Virus record (IMG/VR): IMGVR_UViG_3300033175_000001 | Span: 13,325-77,324 of that record | DNA: 64,000 nt | Direction: 5' to 3' (one strand) | DNA from: a virus | Taxonomy: Duplodnaviria; Caudoviricetes | Part shown: one piece after another, positions 53,443 to 62,246 of the stretch | How the letters are laid out: every line of letters begins with the position of its first letter | How positions within the stretch are numbered: position 1 is the first letter of the stretch | Translations under genes and position numbers: made by a program | The notes under the pieces: model-generated | What the model was told of the DNA's origin: nothing | Database searches by the model: none | What the model saw: the letters and a program-made list of their open reading frames with translations, nothing else

Positions 53443-53863
53443 ACTTGCTCCTCTCACCAGAAGCACCTGCTTTAGCCAACATATCAGCGTAATCATTCCA
53501 CTTATTGCCTGAATGCCCTTTAACATGCTTCCAGTCTATAGTTAATTTTTTCATTTTACCTTTCATGAATTTTGCATACGCCTGAGTAAACTCATTACCG
53601 GCCGACCAAAATTCTAAAGGCCAATTATAGCATCCAACATAATCATAAAGAATGCAGATTTCTGTGAACCCGCAGGAATCCGCCCATGAAACAGCTTCCA
53701 ATACTGCTTTCATCTCTCCTGCGACATTACGCTGTGCTAAAAGCTCTTCCGGCCCGGATAACATGCCGCAACTTTCAAAGATAATTTGCTCATCTTTAAC
53801 TGCCACAAAACCCCAACCGATATTGCCGTTCTTTACAGCCCCATCTGTATATAATTCTACCAT
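53408..53863 (-). CDS. rnhA: ribonuclease H (type I)
   Basis: YTDGA, NVAGEMKA, YDYVG, WKHVKGHSGNKWNDYADMLAK. Confidence 0.92.
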   Translation of the reverse strand: MVELYTDGAVKNGNIGWGFVAVKDEQIIFESCGMLSGPEELLAQRNVAGEMKAVLEAVSWADSCGFTEICILYDYVGCYNWPLEFWSAGNEFTQAYAKFMKGKMKKLTIDWKHVKGHSGNKWNDYADMLAKAGASGERSKYEQVSSGCISE

Positions 53864-54039
53864 GTGACGCTGTTCTTAATATTATCCACACTCTGTTTCT
53901 GAGCATCGGAAATATAATCTGTCTCTTTCGCAAAAGATAAAACGCTCGATAGAAAATCCTCTGCAAACTCATACCTCTCATCGAGAAGCATCTCTTCTAT
54001 CTTATCTACATAATCCTGCACATCCTTCGGTCGTGCCAT
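53857..54039 (-). CDS. hypothetical protein
   Basis: GAGGT RBS; 60 aa. Confidence 0.6.
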   Translation of the reverse strand: MARPKDVQDYVDKIEEMLLDERYEFAEDFLSSVLSFAKETDYISDAQKQSVDNIKNSVTW

Positions 54040-54057
54040 ATCTACCTCTCTATGCTG

Positions 54058-54480
54058 TTAAATATACCCCTGTTCTTTCATTGAAAGATAACCCTGGGAA
54101 GAAACTATAACATGGTCAATTAAAGAAACTCCTAAAAGCTTGCCTGCCTCCTTTAATCGCTGTGTAGCCTCTACATCTTCTCTTGAAGACTGTAAAACTC
54201 CGGATGGATGGTTATGAACGGCAATTATGCCGGCTCCTCCAACCATTATAGCAGCACGGAAGACTTCTCTTGGATGAATGAGAGATTCTGATATTGTTCC
54301 TCTTGATACTTCCTGCCAGTGAACAACAATATTTTTATTATTCACTACTAAAATACAGAACCTCTCCTCCACTGCATCATGCAGAAAAGAAAAGAATTCC
54401 CAGACCGATTCCGGTGAAGAAATATTTTTAGCCCTTTTTGCTTTCCCTACGTACCTTACTTCCGCTTCCCTTACCCACAT
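54058..54480 (-). CDS. RadC-like JAB/MPN domain protein
   Basis: EERF, GTISESLIHPREVF, HNHPSG..SRED, LIDHVIV. Confidence 0.93.
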   Translation of the reverse strand: MWVREAEVRYVGKAKRAKNISSPESVWEFFSFLHDAVEERFCILVVNNKNIVVHWQEVSRGTISESLIHPREVFRAAIMVGGAGIIAVHNHPSGVLQSSREDVEATQRLKEAGKLLGVSLIDHVIVSSQGYLSMKEQGYI

Positions 54481-54760
54481 TTAATTCCTCCTTCAAATCG
54501 TTCCATAACAAAGCAATGCAATTCCACGCAGCATGCGCTGAATGCAATTTGCCTGACTCCTTATCATACAGCTCTCCTTTTTCCCTGGCAACAAGGTGCC
54601 TCATCAACGCGGCAAAATACCTTTCTGATTCAACACCCTGCCAGTTATTATCTCCATATTTAGCTGCCCCGAAAGAATAAATCTCAACTATTTTTTCGAT
54701 GGCGTCCCATGGAAGTAAATCCCATCTTAATTTATTCTCGTCCCATTTTATTCCGCTCAT
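54428..54760 (-). CDS. dATP/dGTP diphosphohydrolase domain protein (DUF5664)
   Basis: GIKWDENKLRWDLLP, FGAAKYGDNNW, AALMRHL, HSAHAAWN. Confidence 0.88.
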   Translation of the reverse strand: MSGIKWDENKLRWDLLPWDAIEKIVEIYSFGAAKYGDNNWQGVESERYFAALMRHLVAREKGELYDKESGKLHSAHAAWNCIALLWNDLKEELNVGKGSGSKVRRESKKG

Positions 54761-54908
54761 ACTCAGTATTATCTCCACTCTTTAAATCAATATACGGCTT
54801 ACGCCTCAAAACCCTTTTACTTTTAGGTAAAGTGGATATTGCAGCCGGCTCAAGAACTCTGCCATACTGATCAACGGTGCGCCCTTTATTATCGATCTTA
54901 TATTTCAT
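54734..54908 (-). CDS. small basic hypothetical protein (58 aa, not in ORF track)
   Basis: Manual translation MKYKIDNKGRTVDQYGRVLEPAAISTLPKSKRVLRRKPYIDLKSGDNTEYERNKMGRE fills the gap. Confidence 0.35.
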
Positions 54909-54961
54909 GCTTTACCGCCTTATTACGTTTAGCGGCTTCAAGAGCCTGATTATAGGAACGA

Positions 54962-55297
54962 TCACCCATCTGAAAAAAAATGCTTAATGCTCCGTCTATT
55001 TACTTCACCGTATTTTTCCATAAAAGGTTTTGCCCTCCTAAAATACAGGTCTATAACCTCCGGCGAAATATCTTTCAAGCTACTCTTCATTGCTCCCTCC
55101 TTATAATAATTTAATACTGCAGGATTCCCTTCGACCGCATCTTTAATAAGATCAACTTGGGATTCGATCCTGTATAACTTTTCCTGCAGCCTGCCATTCC
55201 ACGAATTTAACTCCCTCAATTCAGAAAGAATTACAAACCCCACGCTAAGATTCAACGCAAGCACTAACAATAGACTGTTCGATACTTTCTTCTCCAT
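54962..55297 (-). CDS. hypothetical membrane-anchored protein
   Basis: N-terminal hydrophobic helix followed by a coiled coil. Confidence 0.55.
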   Translation of the reverse strand: MEKKVSNSLLLVLALNLSVGFVILSELRELNSWNGRLQEKLYRIESQVDLIKDAVEGNPAVLNYYKEGAMKSSLKDISPEVIDLYFRRAKPFMEKYGEVNRRSIKHFFSDG

Positions 55298-56615
55298 TCT
55301 CCCTCTCCTGTACTTTCTTTAAAAGTAACCTTAACCTTTTCATGTGATAAATACTTTCTTTTATTATGAAATCCTCAAAAGCCCTGGTCTCATCTCCTGC
55401 AGATGAAAGAGCGTGGAACATTTCATGCGTCAGTGTATCCAAAACATCGTCAGACCCTTTTCGTATAGACGATTGGTTAATATAATACTTTCCATCGACG
55501 TACTGCCCGAGAGGAGCACTTTCTGAAGAATTATCCGCAACAATAATATCATCCCTGGAAATCTTATACCCGACATCCTGCAAAAACTGAAGGGCGTCAT
55601 CTATCACGGCTTCAGTATAAAGATCGGATTTAACCTGCTCCCAACCTTTCAGGGTGCTGTTACTCAAAACAGCCTTTATTGTTTTTATCCCTTCATTCTT
55701 CTCCAGAAACTTCATCCAGTTATAAGGGACGACTACAAGATTATAGCCAAGTAAATGCTCCCTGTAAACCGAAGCAACCTGCTCATCCACAACAACCCTA
55801 TCGCCAACAATCTCTTTCCAATCATCCCCACAGGACCCGTAATTCATTTCCAGCTTCGACTCTATAAAACTTTCAGAATCTACTCCAGACACAGCCTCGA
55901 ATACTTTACGTTTAAGTTCAATAGGAAGTTCGAGAATCTGTGATTTAAGCGCCCAGCACACATCCCATCTCGAAGACTTGCGATCCTCTCCTACATCCAG
56001 ATCATCAAAATCATAATCAAATGCAGCAGTAGTACCTTCGTCCTCATAAACCTGTACACCTCTACGGAATACTAAAAGACCTCTACCGATTTTATCAAAA
56101 ACGCTCACATCTTCAGACTTAAAGAGAGGTTCACGATTTATGGCAAAGTGCCTGTCAAAATCCTTCATGAACGCCTTTACATACTTTGATTCTGAAATAA
56201 ATACTCTTGTAACTCCGGGAGAACCCTTAACATCTTCTGTTTCCGTAATACTGAATTCCCCTTCGTCCACTGCATTCGACACCAGCTCCCTAATAGCCTT
56301 TACAGAATCCCAATGAATCTGCCCCATTTCAACAGTTAAACCGGTTTGAAATATCGACCTGCCCTTCTTAACAGAAACTGTTTTAAAACTCTTACCTCTG
56401 AAATTATCCTCAGAAGTTAAAAATGAAATCTTGCTCTTTCCAGAAGTTACCTGGACTTCATGCCCATCACGCAAAAGAGCGGTGATTCCATATTTAGTTC
56501 CTGTACCAAACTGACCTATCATATCATCTTCGCCAGTCTTTGAACTCATTCCCATGACGTAGAACCCTCTGACATCCACCTCGCCAGCATTTTCTATGCA
56601 TAAATAGCGTGCCAT
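55245..56615 (-). CDS. GHKL ATPase fused to a C-terminal zincin (HExxH) domain
   Basis: IENAGE, IGQFGTGTKY, AIRELVSNAVDE, TLTHEMFH. Confidence 0.8.
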   Translation of the reverse strand: MARYLCIENAGEVDVRGFYVMGMSSKTGEDDMIGQFGTGTKYGITALLRDGHEVQVTSGKSKISFLTSEDNFRGKSFKTVSVKKGRSIFQTGLTVEMGQIHWDSVKAIRELVSNAVDEGEFSITETEDVKGSPGVTRVFISESKYVKAFMKDFDRHFAINREPLFKSEDVSVFDKIGRGLLVFRRGVQVYEDEGTTAAFDYDFDDLDVGEDRKSSRWDVCWALKSQILELPIELKRKVFEAVSGVDSESFIESKLEMNYGSCGDDWKEIVGDRVVVDEQVASVYREHLLGYNLVVVPYNWMKFLEKNEGIKTIKAVLSNSTLKGWEQVKSDLYTEAVIDDALQFLQDVGYKISRDDIIVADNSSESAPLGQYVDGKYYINQSSIRKGSDDVLDTLTHEMFHALSSAGDETRAFEDFIIKESIYHMKRLRLLLKKVQERENGEESIEQSIVSACVES

Positions 56616-56616
56616 T

Positions 56617-56808
56617 TCACTTTACCTCTCTGATCGTTCCTTTTTTAAGCTTCACCCAATTTTGAATGTAGCTGATATCCTTACCTATCATCCATTGCCC
56701 AATCGGCGCCGCCCCAACAACTTTTAAATCATCGTCAACAACGATACCAAAAGTAGCATAATGGAGACTTATCCAATACAGATTCAGACTATCTGATTTC
56801 TGTACCAT
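56617..56808 (-). CDS. hypothetical protein
   Basis: ORF track. Confidence 0.55.
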   Translation of the reverse strand: MVQKSDSLNLYWISLHYATFGIVVDDDLKVVGAAPIGQWMIGKDISYIQNWVKLKKGTIREVK

Positions 56809-57062
56809 GATATAAACTTCCTTGCTCCTCCGCGCATCACCTGATTATTGAACTTCCACCTTCCAGTTCCAGGGTAAAAGTCAACTTTAGGCTTACGCTT
56901 ATCCCTAAAAAGAAGAACCGTACCCTCATTCCTCTCCTCGTAAGAAATAAAGCCAGCCTCTTTAGATTCTAAAAGAATACGCATATTCTCTTCAAAACGC
57001 TTCTCACGCCTTTCAGTCCGCAGCTCTTTAAGAGCTTCAAATTCTTCTTTCATATCTCCCAT
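56784..57062 (-). CDS. hypothetical protein
   Basis: ATG at 57062 with GAGG RBS. Confidence 0.6.
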   Translation of the reverse strand: MGDMKEEFEALKELRTERREKRFEENMRILLESKEAGFISYEERNEGTVLLFRDKRKPKVDFYPGTGRWKFNNQVMRGGARKFISWYRNQIV

Positions 57063-57070
57063 AATTAACC

Positions 57071-58009
57071 TCAGAGTGTACAATCTTCAGGGACACGATC
57101 ATCCCTAAATCTTAAAAACATAGAATGCCTCATTGCTCCAGATGGAAAAACCTCAAAACCTCCGATCTCAACAACTTTACCAATATACTTTTCTGGATTA
57201 TCCGTAAACTCCTTACGCCAATCAAAACCAAAAGCGCTGGTCTGTGTCACAAACTCCAACTTACCATTTATAAAAAGCCCGCATTTTATCGATGCTACAT
57301 TCATTCCTTTTGCCAAAAATGTAGGAGCATCAGTTTCAACAAAACCAAGGCACACATAATCCTTAGTCAGATATTTTTTTATTTTAAACATGAACGGAGA
57401 TTCCCCGTGGAGCTTGTATAGCGCATCTGCAAACTTCAAAACCACGCCCTCACCTTTACGATTATAAATCTCCATGAACATATTCCATGCTCGATCTCTA
57501 TTCTCCTCAAAAGACCCATCAAGAATAACAGACTGAACTAAATCAATCTGCGGATGCTCAACACCAAAATACTTTGATTTTGAATAAATTTCTCTCAGGA
57601 TATCAAACCTCTGTTCGGTAGTTTTATGTAAAAGCCAATCTCCATCCCACTGAATCACGTCAAAAGCAATAAATCTGCGATATCCATGTTCTTCAGCCCA
57701 TCGAGTTTCAGCCTCAGTACCATACCCAACTTCCCCAATAAGTATAGAATTATTAGGCATAAATTCATCAAATACTGCAAGCATTTCCTGAAGAGCACCA
57801 TACTTTTTCCAGCCATTATCCCAATAACATCCAGTATCATCCTTTACGACAATCCCAAACCAGCCGTCCAATTTTTCCTGGCACAGCATCCGATTACCCC
57901 AATGCTCGAACTTTTCAAAACCGCCTCTCACAAAATCAAGCCCAGTCATCCCCGGAACATAGTCACCTTCAGGGAAATACCCTCTGATTTTCATATCGTA
58001 CTTTAACAT
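57071..58009 (-). CDS. lig: ATP-dependent DNA ligase
   Basis: QEKLDG (KxDG), IGEV, AFDVI, EGVVLK, KIKK, FLRFRDDR. Confidence 0.93.
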   Translation of the reverse strand: MLKYDMKIRGYFPEGDYVPGMTGLDFVRGGFEKFEHWGNRMLCQEKLDGWFGIVVKDDTGCYWDNGWKKYGALQEMLAVFDEFMPNNSILIGEVGYGTEAETRWAEEHGYRRFIAFDVIQWDGDWLLHKTTEQRFDILREIYSKSKYFGVEHPQIDLVQSVILDGSFEENRDRAWNMFMEIYNRKGEGVVLKFADALYKLHGESPFMFKIKKYLTKDYVCLGFVETDAPTFLAKGMNVASIKCGLFINGKLEFVTQTSAFGFDWRKEFTDNPEKYIGKVVEIGGFEVFPSGAMRHSMFLRFRDDRVPEDCTL

Positions 58010-58018
58010 TTAATCCTC

Positions 58019-58309
58019 CTAAAATGGAACTTCATATCCTTCAGATTCCCACCACCTTACATGAATAGCATAAATGTGATGGTAAATATTATTCAAATTC
58101 TGATACCCTTTTGTAACGCTGACATCAATTATAAGCCGCCTCAACTCCCAATCTTTATAATTATTTATTATTGAATTCGTCCCCTCACCGATATTTTTAT
58201 CCTTCCGGATTCGACGCAATACCTGGTTGATCCTCTCATCAGAAAGAGAAAGCATGAGCATATTAACATCATGCTCCTCCTCTGATATATAAGGTAACTC
58301 AAAGCTCAT
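58019..58309 (-). CDS. hypothetical protein
   Basis: ORF track. Confidence 0.55.
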   Translation of the reverse strand: MSFELPYISEEEHDVNMLMLSLSDERINQVLRRIRKDKNIGEGTNSIINNYKDWELRRLIIDVSVTKGYQNLNNIYHHIYAIHVRWWESEGYEVPF

Positions 58310-59085
58310 GATAACTTAAACTCCGGAGCTTTAGGCATCTTATCAAACATATCCCAAGGTAAAGTTGCCTTTTGATAGTCCCTGCACTTTTCTACGGGGA
58401 CACCAGTCTTACGTGACTGCTTATGCGCCCAACAACCGGAATGAATACATGAAGAGCAATCAATACCGCAAACATTGATAGCCTCTTCTACAAATTCAAG
58501 AGGAGTTTTTACCTCCTCATTCTCCTCATTCTCCAATATCGGAAGGACGAAAACCTGATACATCTCACATTCTTTTTCAGATTGAGCCATATAATACGGC
58601 TTAGCATAGAAATATACTTCTACATCTTCCGTAATGAAACCTTCTCCGTCACAGTAATCGCATCCGCCAGTACGGCACTCTTGACATTCGACACGCTCAG
58701 TAGAACGCTCCATCTTAATTGCTCTCTGCTCAAATCCTTCTCCCCAGCCATCACAGCTCTGACCTATAAGGTAATCGATAAGAGCCTCTTCCTGGTCTCC
58801 ATCAAGCCTGTGTGTGGAATCAACAACCCAACGAAAAATAAACTTATCTCCCTTCGGCTCCATCGCTACCGGAGCATGTATGGCAGTTATTGTAGAAAGA
58901 AGAGCATCCCGATCCCTGCTAAAATCCAGATACTGTGCAAGATCAACGTAGTCCGCTCTGACTGCCTCGTTAATTTCGTCTATATGGTCGGCTGCATATC
59001 CCGGAGTATTCTGCCCGTAAACTCCGCCAAGCCCGCCATTTTCAGACTCAACAACTTGACCTGTAATTCTGACTTCGTATTTCAT
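58306..59085 (-). CDS. hypothetical protein with several CxxC motifs
   Basis: GQSCDGWGEGFEQ, CQEC..CDYC, CSSC..C; AGGAGCC RBS. Confidence 0.65.
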   Translation of the reverse strand: MKYEVRITGQVVESENGGLGGVYGQNTPGYAADHIDEINEAVRADYVDLAQYLDFSRDRDALLSTITAIHAPVAMEPKGDKFIFRWVVDSTHRLDGDQEEALIDYLIGQSCDGWGEGFEQRAIKMERSTERVECQECRTGGCDYCDGEGFITEDVEVYFYAKPYYMAQSEKECEMYQVFVLPILENEENEEVKTPLEFVEEAINVCGIDCSSCIHSGCWAHKQSRKTGVPVEKCRDYQKATLPWDMFDKMPKAPEFKLS

Positions 59086-59112
59086 TTTCTGGCTCCTTTT
59101 ATTTTAATCTTT

Positions 59113-59577
59113 TTATTTTATCCCCCACGCCTGCTTGATCTTCTCAACCTGATCAGCTATAGTGTGGGAATGATTCGCCTTTTCCAGCTCCTCAGTATCG
59201 AATCTCATCATCCACTCCGGCTCAACCTCGGTGTACCACTCCGGCCACCCATATATGGTTTCTACCTGTCCATTCGGGTAGGTGTAATCCTGCCTTAGTG
59301 TACTCCCTCCCCAGGCTATCATCTCGGTATAGCACCCACTCCATCTCGGCTTGGCCCCCTTCTTCAGATTCTCTCTGTGCTCTTCGTATTCTGCCTTATC
59401 CTGGAAGGTAGCTATCCTGAGAGCATTCAACCTATCCTTCTCCCTCTTGAGTTCGTCTATCTTCTTCTGATCCCATGTTCCCAGGTTGAATATCTGGTTA
59501 TCTATCCTGCTCATCTCCTTGGCTAACCTTACCCTTTCCTCTTTCCTTGAATCGTGTTTTACTTTTTCGTTTGTCAT
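59113..59577 (-). CDS. hypothetical early protein
   Basis: First ORF after the promoter; AGGAGCC RBS. Confidence 0.65.
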   Translation of the reverse strand: MTNEKVKHDSRKEERVRLAKEMSRIDNQIFNLGTWDQKKIDELKREKDRLNALRIATFQDKAEYEEHRENLKKGAKPRWSGCYTEMIAWGGSTLRQDYTYPNGQVETIYGWPEWYTEVEPEWMMRFDTEELEKANHSHTIADQVEKIKQAWGIK

Positions 59578-59619
59578 TTTTTCGGCTCCTGTTTTAACTT
59601 TTTTATTTTTCATAATTTC

Positions 59620-59648
59620 AAAGTACAAAATTTTTAAAAAATCGTCAA
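59620..59648 (-). promoter_or_regulatory. sigma70-type promoter TTGACG-17-TACTTT with T-rich UP region
   Basis: -35 at 59643-59648, -10 at 59620-59625; near-copy of 38669-38697. Confidence 0.75.
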
Positions 59649-59675
59649 GTAAAAAACGAAAAAATTTTTAACTTT

Positions 59676-59933
59676 TTAAAATTTTTTTGCCGGACGATAC
59701 ACGCCGTCTTCTCCACGCTCTATTGGACGAAGCCTCATACCTATAGCATGTTCACATTGATCTTTATTATATGGATCAACTCCTGAAACACGCGCCCAAC
59801 AAGAATCCACCTTGCCAGCAATAAAAGGCGGTTCGCACTCGATAGTAATATCCGGTACAAACACACAAAACCTTTTATTGCCGACAATGGAAGAATCCCA
59901 GAATAAGTACCTGTCACCACTCTTTGTACTCAT
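59676..59933 (-). CDS. hypothetical protein
   Basis: Likely ATG at 59933. Confidence 0.5.
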   Translation of the reverse strand: MSTKSGDRYLFWDSSIVGNKRFCVFVPDITIECEPPFIAGKVDSCWARVSGVDPYNKDQCEHAIGMRLRPIERGEDGVYRPAKKF

Positions 59934-60834
59934 CAGAAGCCTCACAAATCCTTCTATACTCACATGCCCGGCATGAACGCTGATCTTTATACTTCGGTGG
60001 GAGGGTCTTTGAATCAATAGCCTTATTAGCCTTAACAAGAAGATCTAAAATCTTAGCGATATTCTTCGGCTCATGGTGAGTGAGGAACTCCCTCCAATTC
60101 TGAGTGGCTTTATCTTCAAATATCCAAATAGTCTTGTGGATTCCTGAAGCCATCATGTAAATATCAGTCTGAGGTATGTAATAATCTGGTGGCGCACTGA
60201 GGTTAGCGTATTGATAAGGGTTCATACTTTTAATCTCAACTATCCACCTCTCATCCTTCCACACCAGAACACCATCCATCTTACCTTTAACCCGAAGATG
60301 TGGGATATTTACTCCAGCCTCCTTATAAAGAATATGCCGGCCATCTCTGCCGCAGGAATCACACTTATCTGGGCGAGGAACCCAATAAGCTCCCTCTTCC
60401 TTTTTGCCGGACTTCTTATAACCATATTCAGCTCCACATGGGCATTTCCACCTTCCGATAAGAACACACTTACCGTCAGTAAATTTTCCAAGCGCAGCCA
60501 TATATCCCTGAATACGATCATGAACGCCGTGACCATTATGCCAAACCCGGTGAGTTAAAGACGGATTGAATTTTAAGTCTCCCTCGAAAGGCGCACCTAA
60601 AAACTCATATACCATCTTCCTGACACAAAAAGCCTTAGCCAGTTGCGACGGGTGAAAACTCGGAACCAGTTTATCTCCATACGACGCTTCCATATCTTCC
60701 TTAGACTTATTAAAAGTCTCGTAGATATAATCATCCAAAACATCCGTAAGGACCATCGCCTTCTTTGCTTCCGGAGCATCCTTGACAAAAATATTATCAA
60801 ACTTTACTCCAGACTTCTTAACCACTTTTGCCAT
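59914..60834 (-). CDS. Cas4-like PD-(D/E)XK exonuclease
   Basis: HPSQLAKAFC.RK, GKMDG, IVEIKSM, YIPQ..IYM, CRACEYRRIC. Confidence 0.88.
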   Translation of the reverse strand: MAKVVKKSGVKFDNIFVKDAPEAKKAMVLTDVLDDYIYETFNKSKEDMEASYGDKLVPSFHPSQLAKAFCVRKMVYEFLGAPFEGDLKFNPSLTHRVWHNGHGVHDRIQGYMAALGKFTDGKCVLIGRWKCPCGAEYGYKKSGKKEEGAYWVPRPDKCDSCGRDGRHILYKEAGVNIPHLRVKGKMDGVLVWKDERWIVEIKSMNPYQYANLSAPPDYYIPQTDIYMMASGIHKTIWIFEDKATQNWREFLTHHEPKNIAKILDLLVKANKAIDSKTLPPKYKDQRSCRACEYRRICEASDEYKEW

Positions 60835-61154
60835 CAGCTCTGCCTCCTGGTCTTTTCTCTGGTAGCAATTACCTGCTGAGCCACTTCGCTCTTACACATA
60901 TCCCAACCGATCTCAGTCATTTCCTCAACTGAAATATCCTGATCTACAGGCCGAATAGTCATACTGCAATCGAACCTGGCAGTCTCAAATTGCCCAGTAG
61001 ATACCGTAGCTCCTACAGATATCCTCACGCTGTCAACTGATAGGCGCTTATCCTTATAAATGATAATGCACCCTGAAATATCCTCAACAGATACCTTCGT
61101 ACTCTCCGCCTTCTTTGGCGTAGGCTTCTTACTCGCTACCTTCTTTGTTGCCAT
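60834..61154 (-). CDS. hypothetical protein
   Basis: ORF track; ATVSTGQFETARFD pattern common in phages. Confidence 0.6.
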   Translation of the reverse strand: MATKKVASKKPTPKKAESTKVSVEDISGCIIIYKDKRLSVDSVRISVGATVSTGQFETARFDCSMTIRPVDQDISVEEMTEIGWDMCKSEVAQQVIATREKTRRQS

Positions 61155-61686
61155 CTTTTTTCTCCTTTGGAAGTAATCTATCTCCAGCTTTATAGACCTC
61201 TCCAGATACCTCTGAAAAATCTATCGCTCCGAGTTCATCTGAATGCTTTTCGCATAAATGCTTAAACCACGCCTCAAAATCTTTCCCGTTACGAAACTCA
61301 AGAAATAGAGGGTAATCTAAAATTGATTTATCGGTATTCAGTAATTCCTGGCGAGCATACTCCATTGCTCCATGGATTCTCTCTATAAGCTCTTCTGGAA
61401 TTACCTTTCGACGCTTAAACTCATGCCCTCGAATAACAGCCCGGACGGCCACAGCTTCTCGGTACATGTAATACTTACGAGGCACCTTCTCACCGTTCCA
61501 ATCAGTTATAGGATTTGCCTCATCCTTAAAAGTAGGCGGCAAAAAGATGCCCCGTCCAACCCAGTCTTCAACTTTTCGAGCAGTCATCCCGACGACTTTA
61601 GCAAAACCGGCTTTGGAGACTATCTCCACCTTCAGCCCGTTATACTCAACCGTTTTGATTCCGTACTCTTTTCGTTTTTTGGACAT
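61129..61686 (-). CDS. winged HTH (MerR-like) DNA-binding protein
   Basis: SKAGFAKVVGMTARKVEDWVGRGIFLPP...RKYY. Confidence 0.6.
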   Translation of the reverse strand: MSKKRKEYGIKTVEYNGLKVEIVSKAGFAKVVGMTARKVEDWVGRGIFLPPTFKDEANPITDWNGEKVPRKYYMYREAVAVRAVIRGHEFKRRKVIPEELIERIHGAMEYARQELLNTDKSILDYPLFLEFRNGKDFEAWFKHLCEKHSDELGAIDFSEVSGEVYKAGDRLLPKEKKDGNKEGSE

Positions 61687-61861
61687 TTCTAATGTTAACC
61701 AGTCTGGCCTGAATTCTTCGCTGCTTTGCTTTCTTCACAAGTTCTTCCTTGTGCTCTTCCCAGTATTTCTTATTATACTCAGAAGAGTTGTTTCGGTATT
61801 TAGTACGGTCGTAATTGTACACATACTCTTTACCGTTCCTAATAACTCTATAAGTCGCCAT
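61646..61861 (-). CDS. small basic hypothetical protein
   Basis: NGKEYVY, YNKKYWEEHKE. Confidence 0.55.
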   Translation of the reverse strand: MATYRVIRNGKEYVYNYDRTKYRNNSSEYNKKYWEEHKEELVKKAKQRRIQARLVNIRNVQKTKRVRNQNG

Positions 61862-62246
61862 TTTCTCCCTCCTTCAATGCTTCAATAATCTCATCTGATG
61901 AAGCATTTATTATCCACCTGACGAATTCAAATTCTGACTCCGGGATCATATACATCCTTTCATCCTGAATTTCAATTTCAAAGGCATAAAACTCTCGGGG
62001 AAGAATTTCTCGTTTAATCTTCTCAATCCATGACTTCTCGAAATAAAGCCCATCTTTATCCGTCCGTTTTAATTCAACTCGTAAACTGTCAAATACGCAA
62101 TCTCCCTTATCAAAAAACAACGCTCCACTCGCAAAAGTAGTCCTGCCTCCAAATCTCTTTGCACAGGCCGCCTCTTGCTTCAGACTTTTATCCTTCGGCG
62201 TCTGATTATTGAGTTTATCAACCCACTTTGGAAGCGTCATCTTCAT
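61848..62246 (-). CDS. PD-(D/E)XK nuclease / archaeal-type Holliday junction resolvase
   Basis: QE...AKRFGGRTTFASGA..DKGD...RVELKRT. Confidence 0.8.
   Translation of the reverse strand: MKMTLPKWVDKLNNQTPKDKSLKQEAACAKRFGGRTTFASGALFFDKGDCVFDSLRVELKRTDKDGLYFEKSWIEKIKREILPREFYAFEIEIQDERMYMIPESEFEFVRWIINASSDEIIEALKEGENGDL

Noticed and set aside
54428-54760. Z-genome (2-aminoadenine) pathway
   Set aside because: No PurZ or DatZ gene is visible in the window; DUF5664 alone is insufficient.
59914-60834. CRISPR-Cas locus
   Set aside because: No cas1/cas2 and no repeat-spacer array anywhere in the window.
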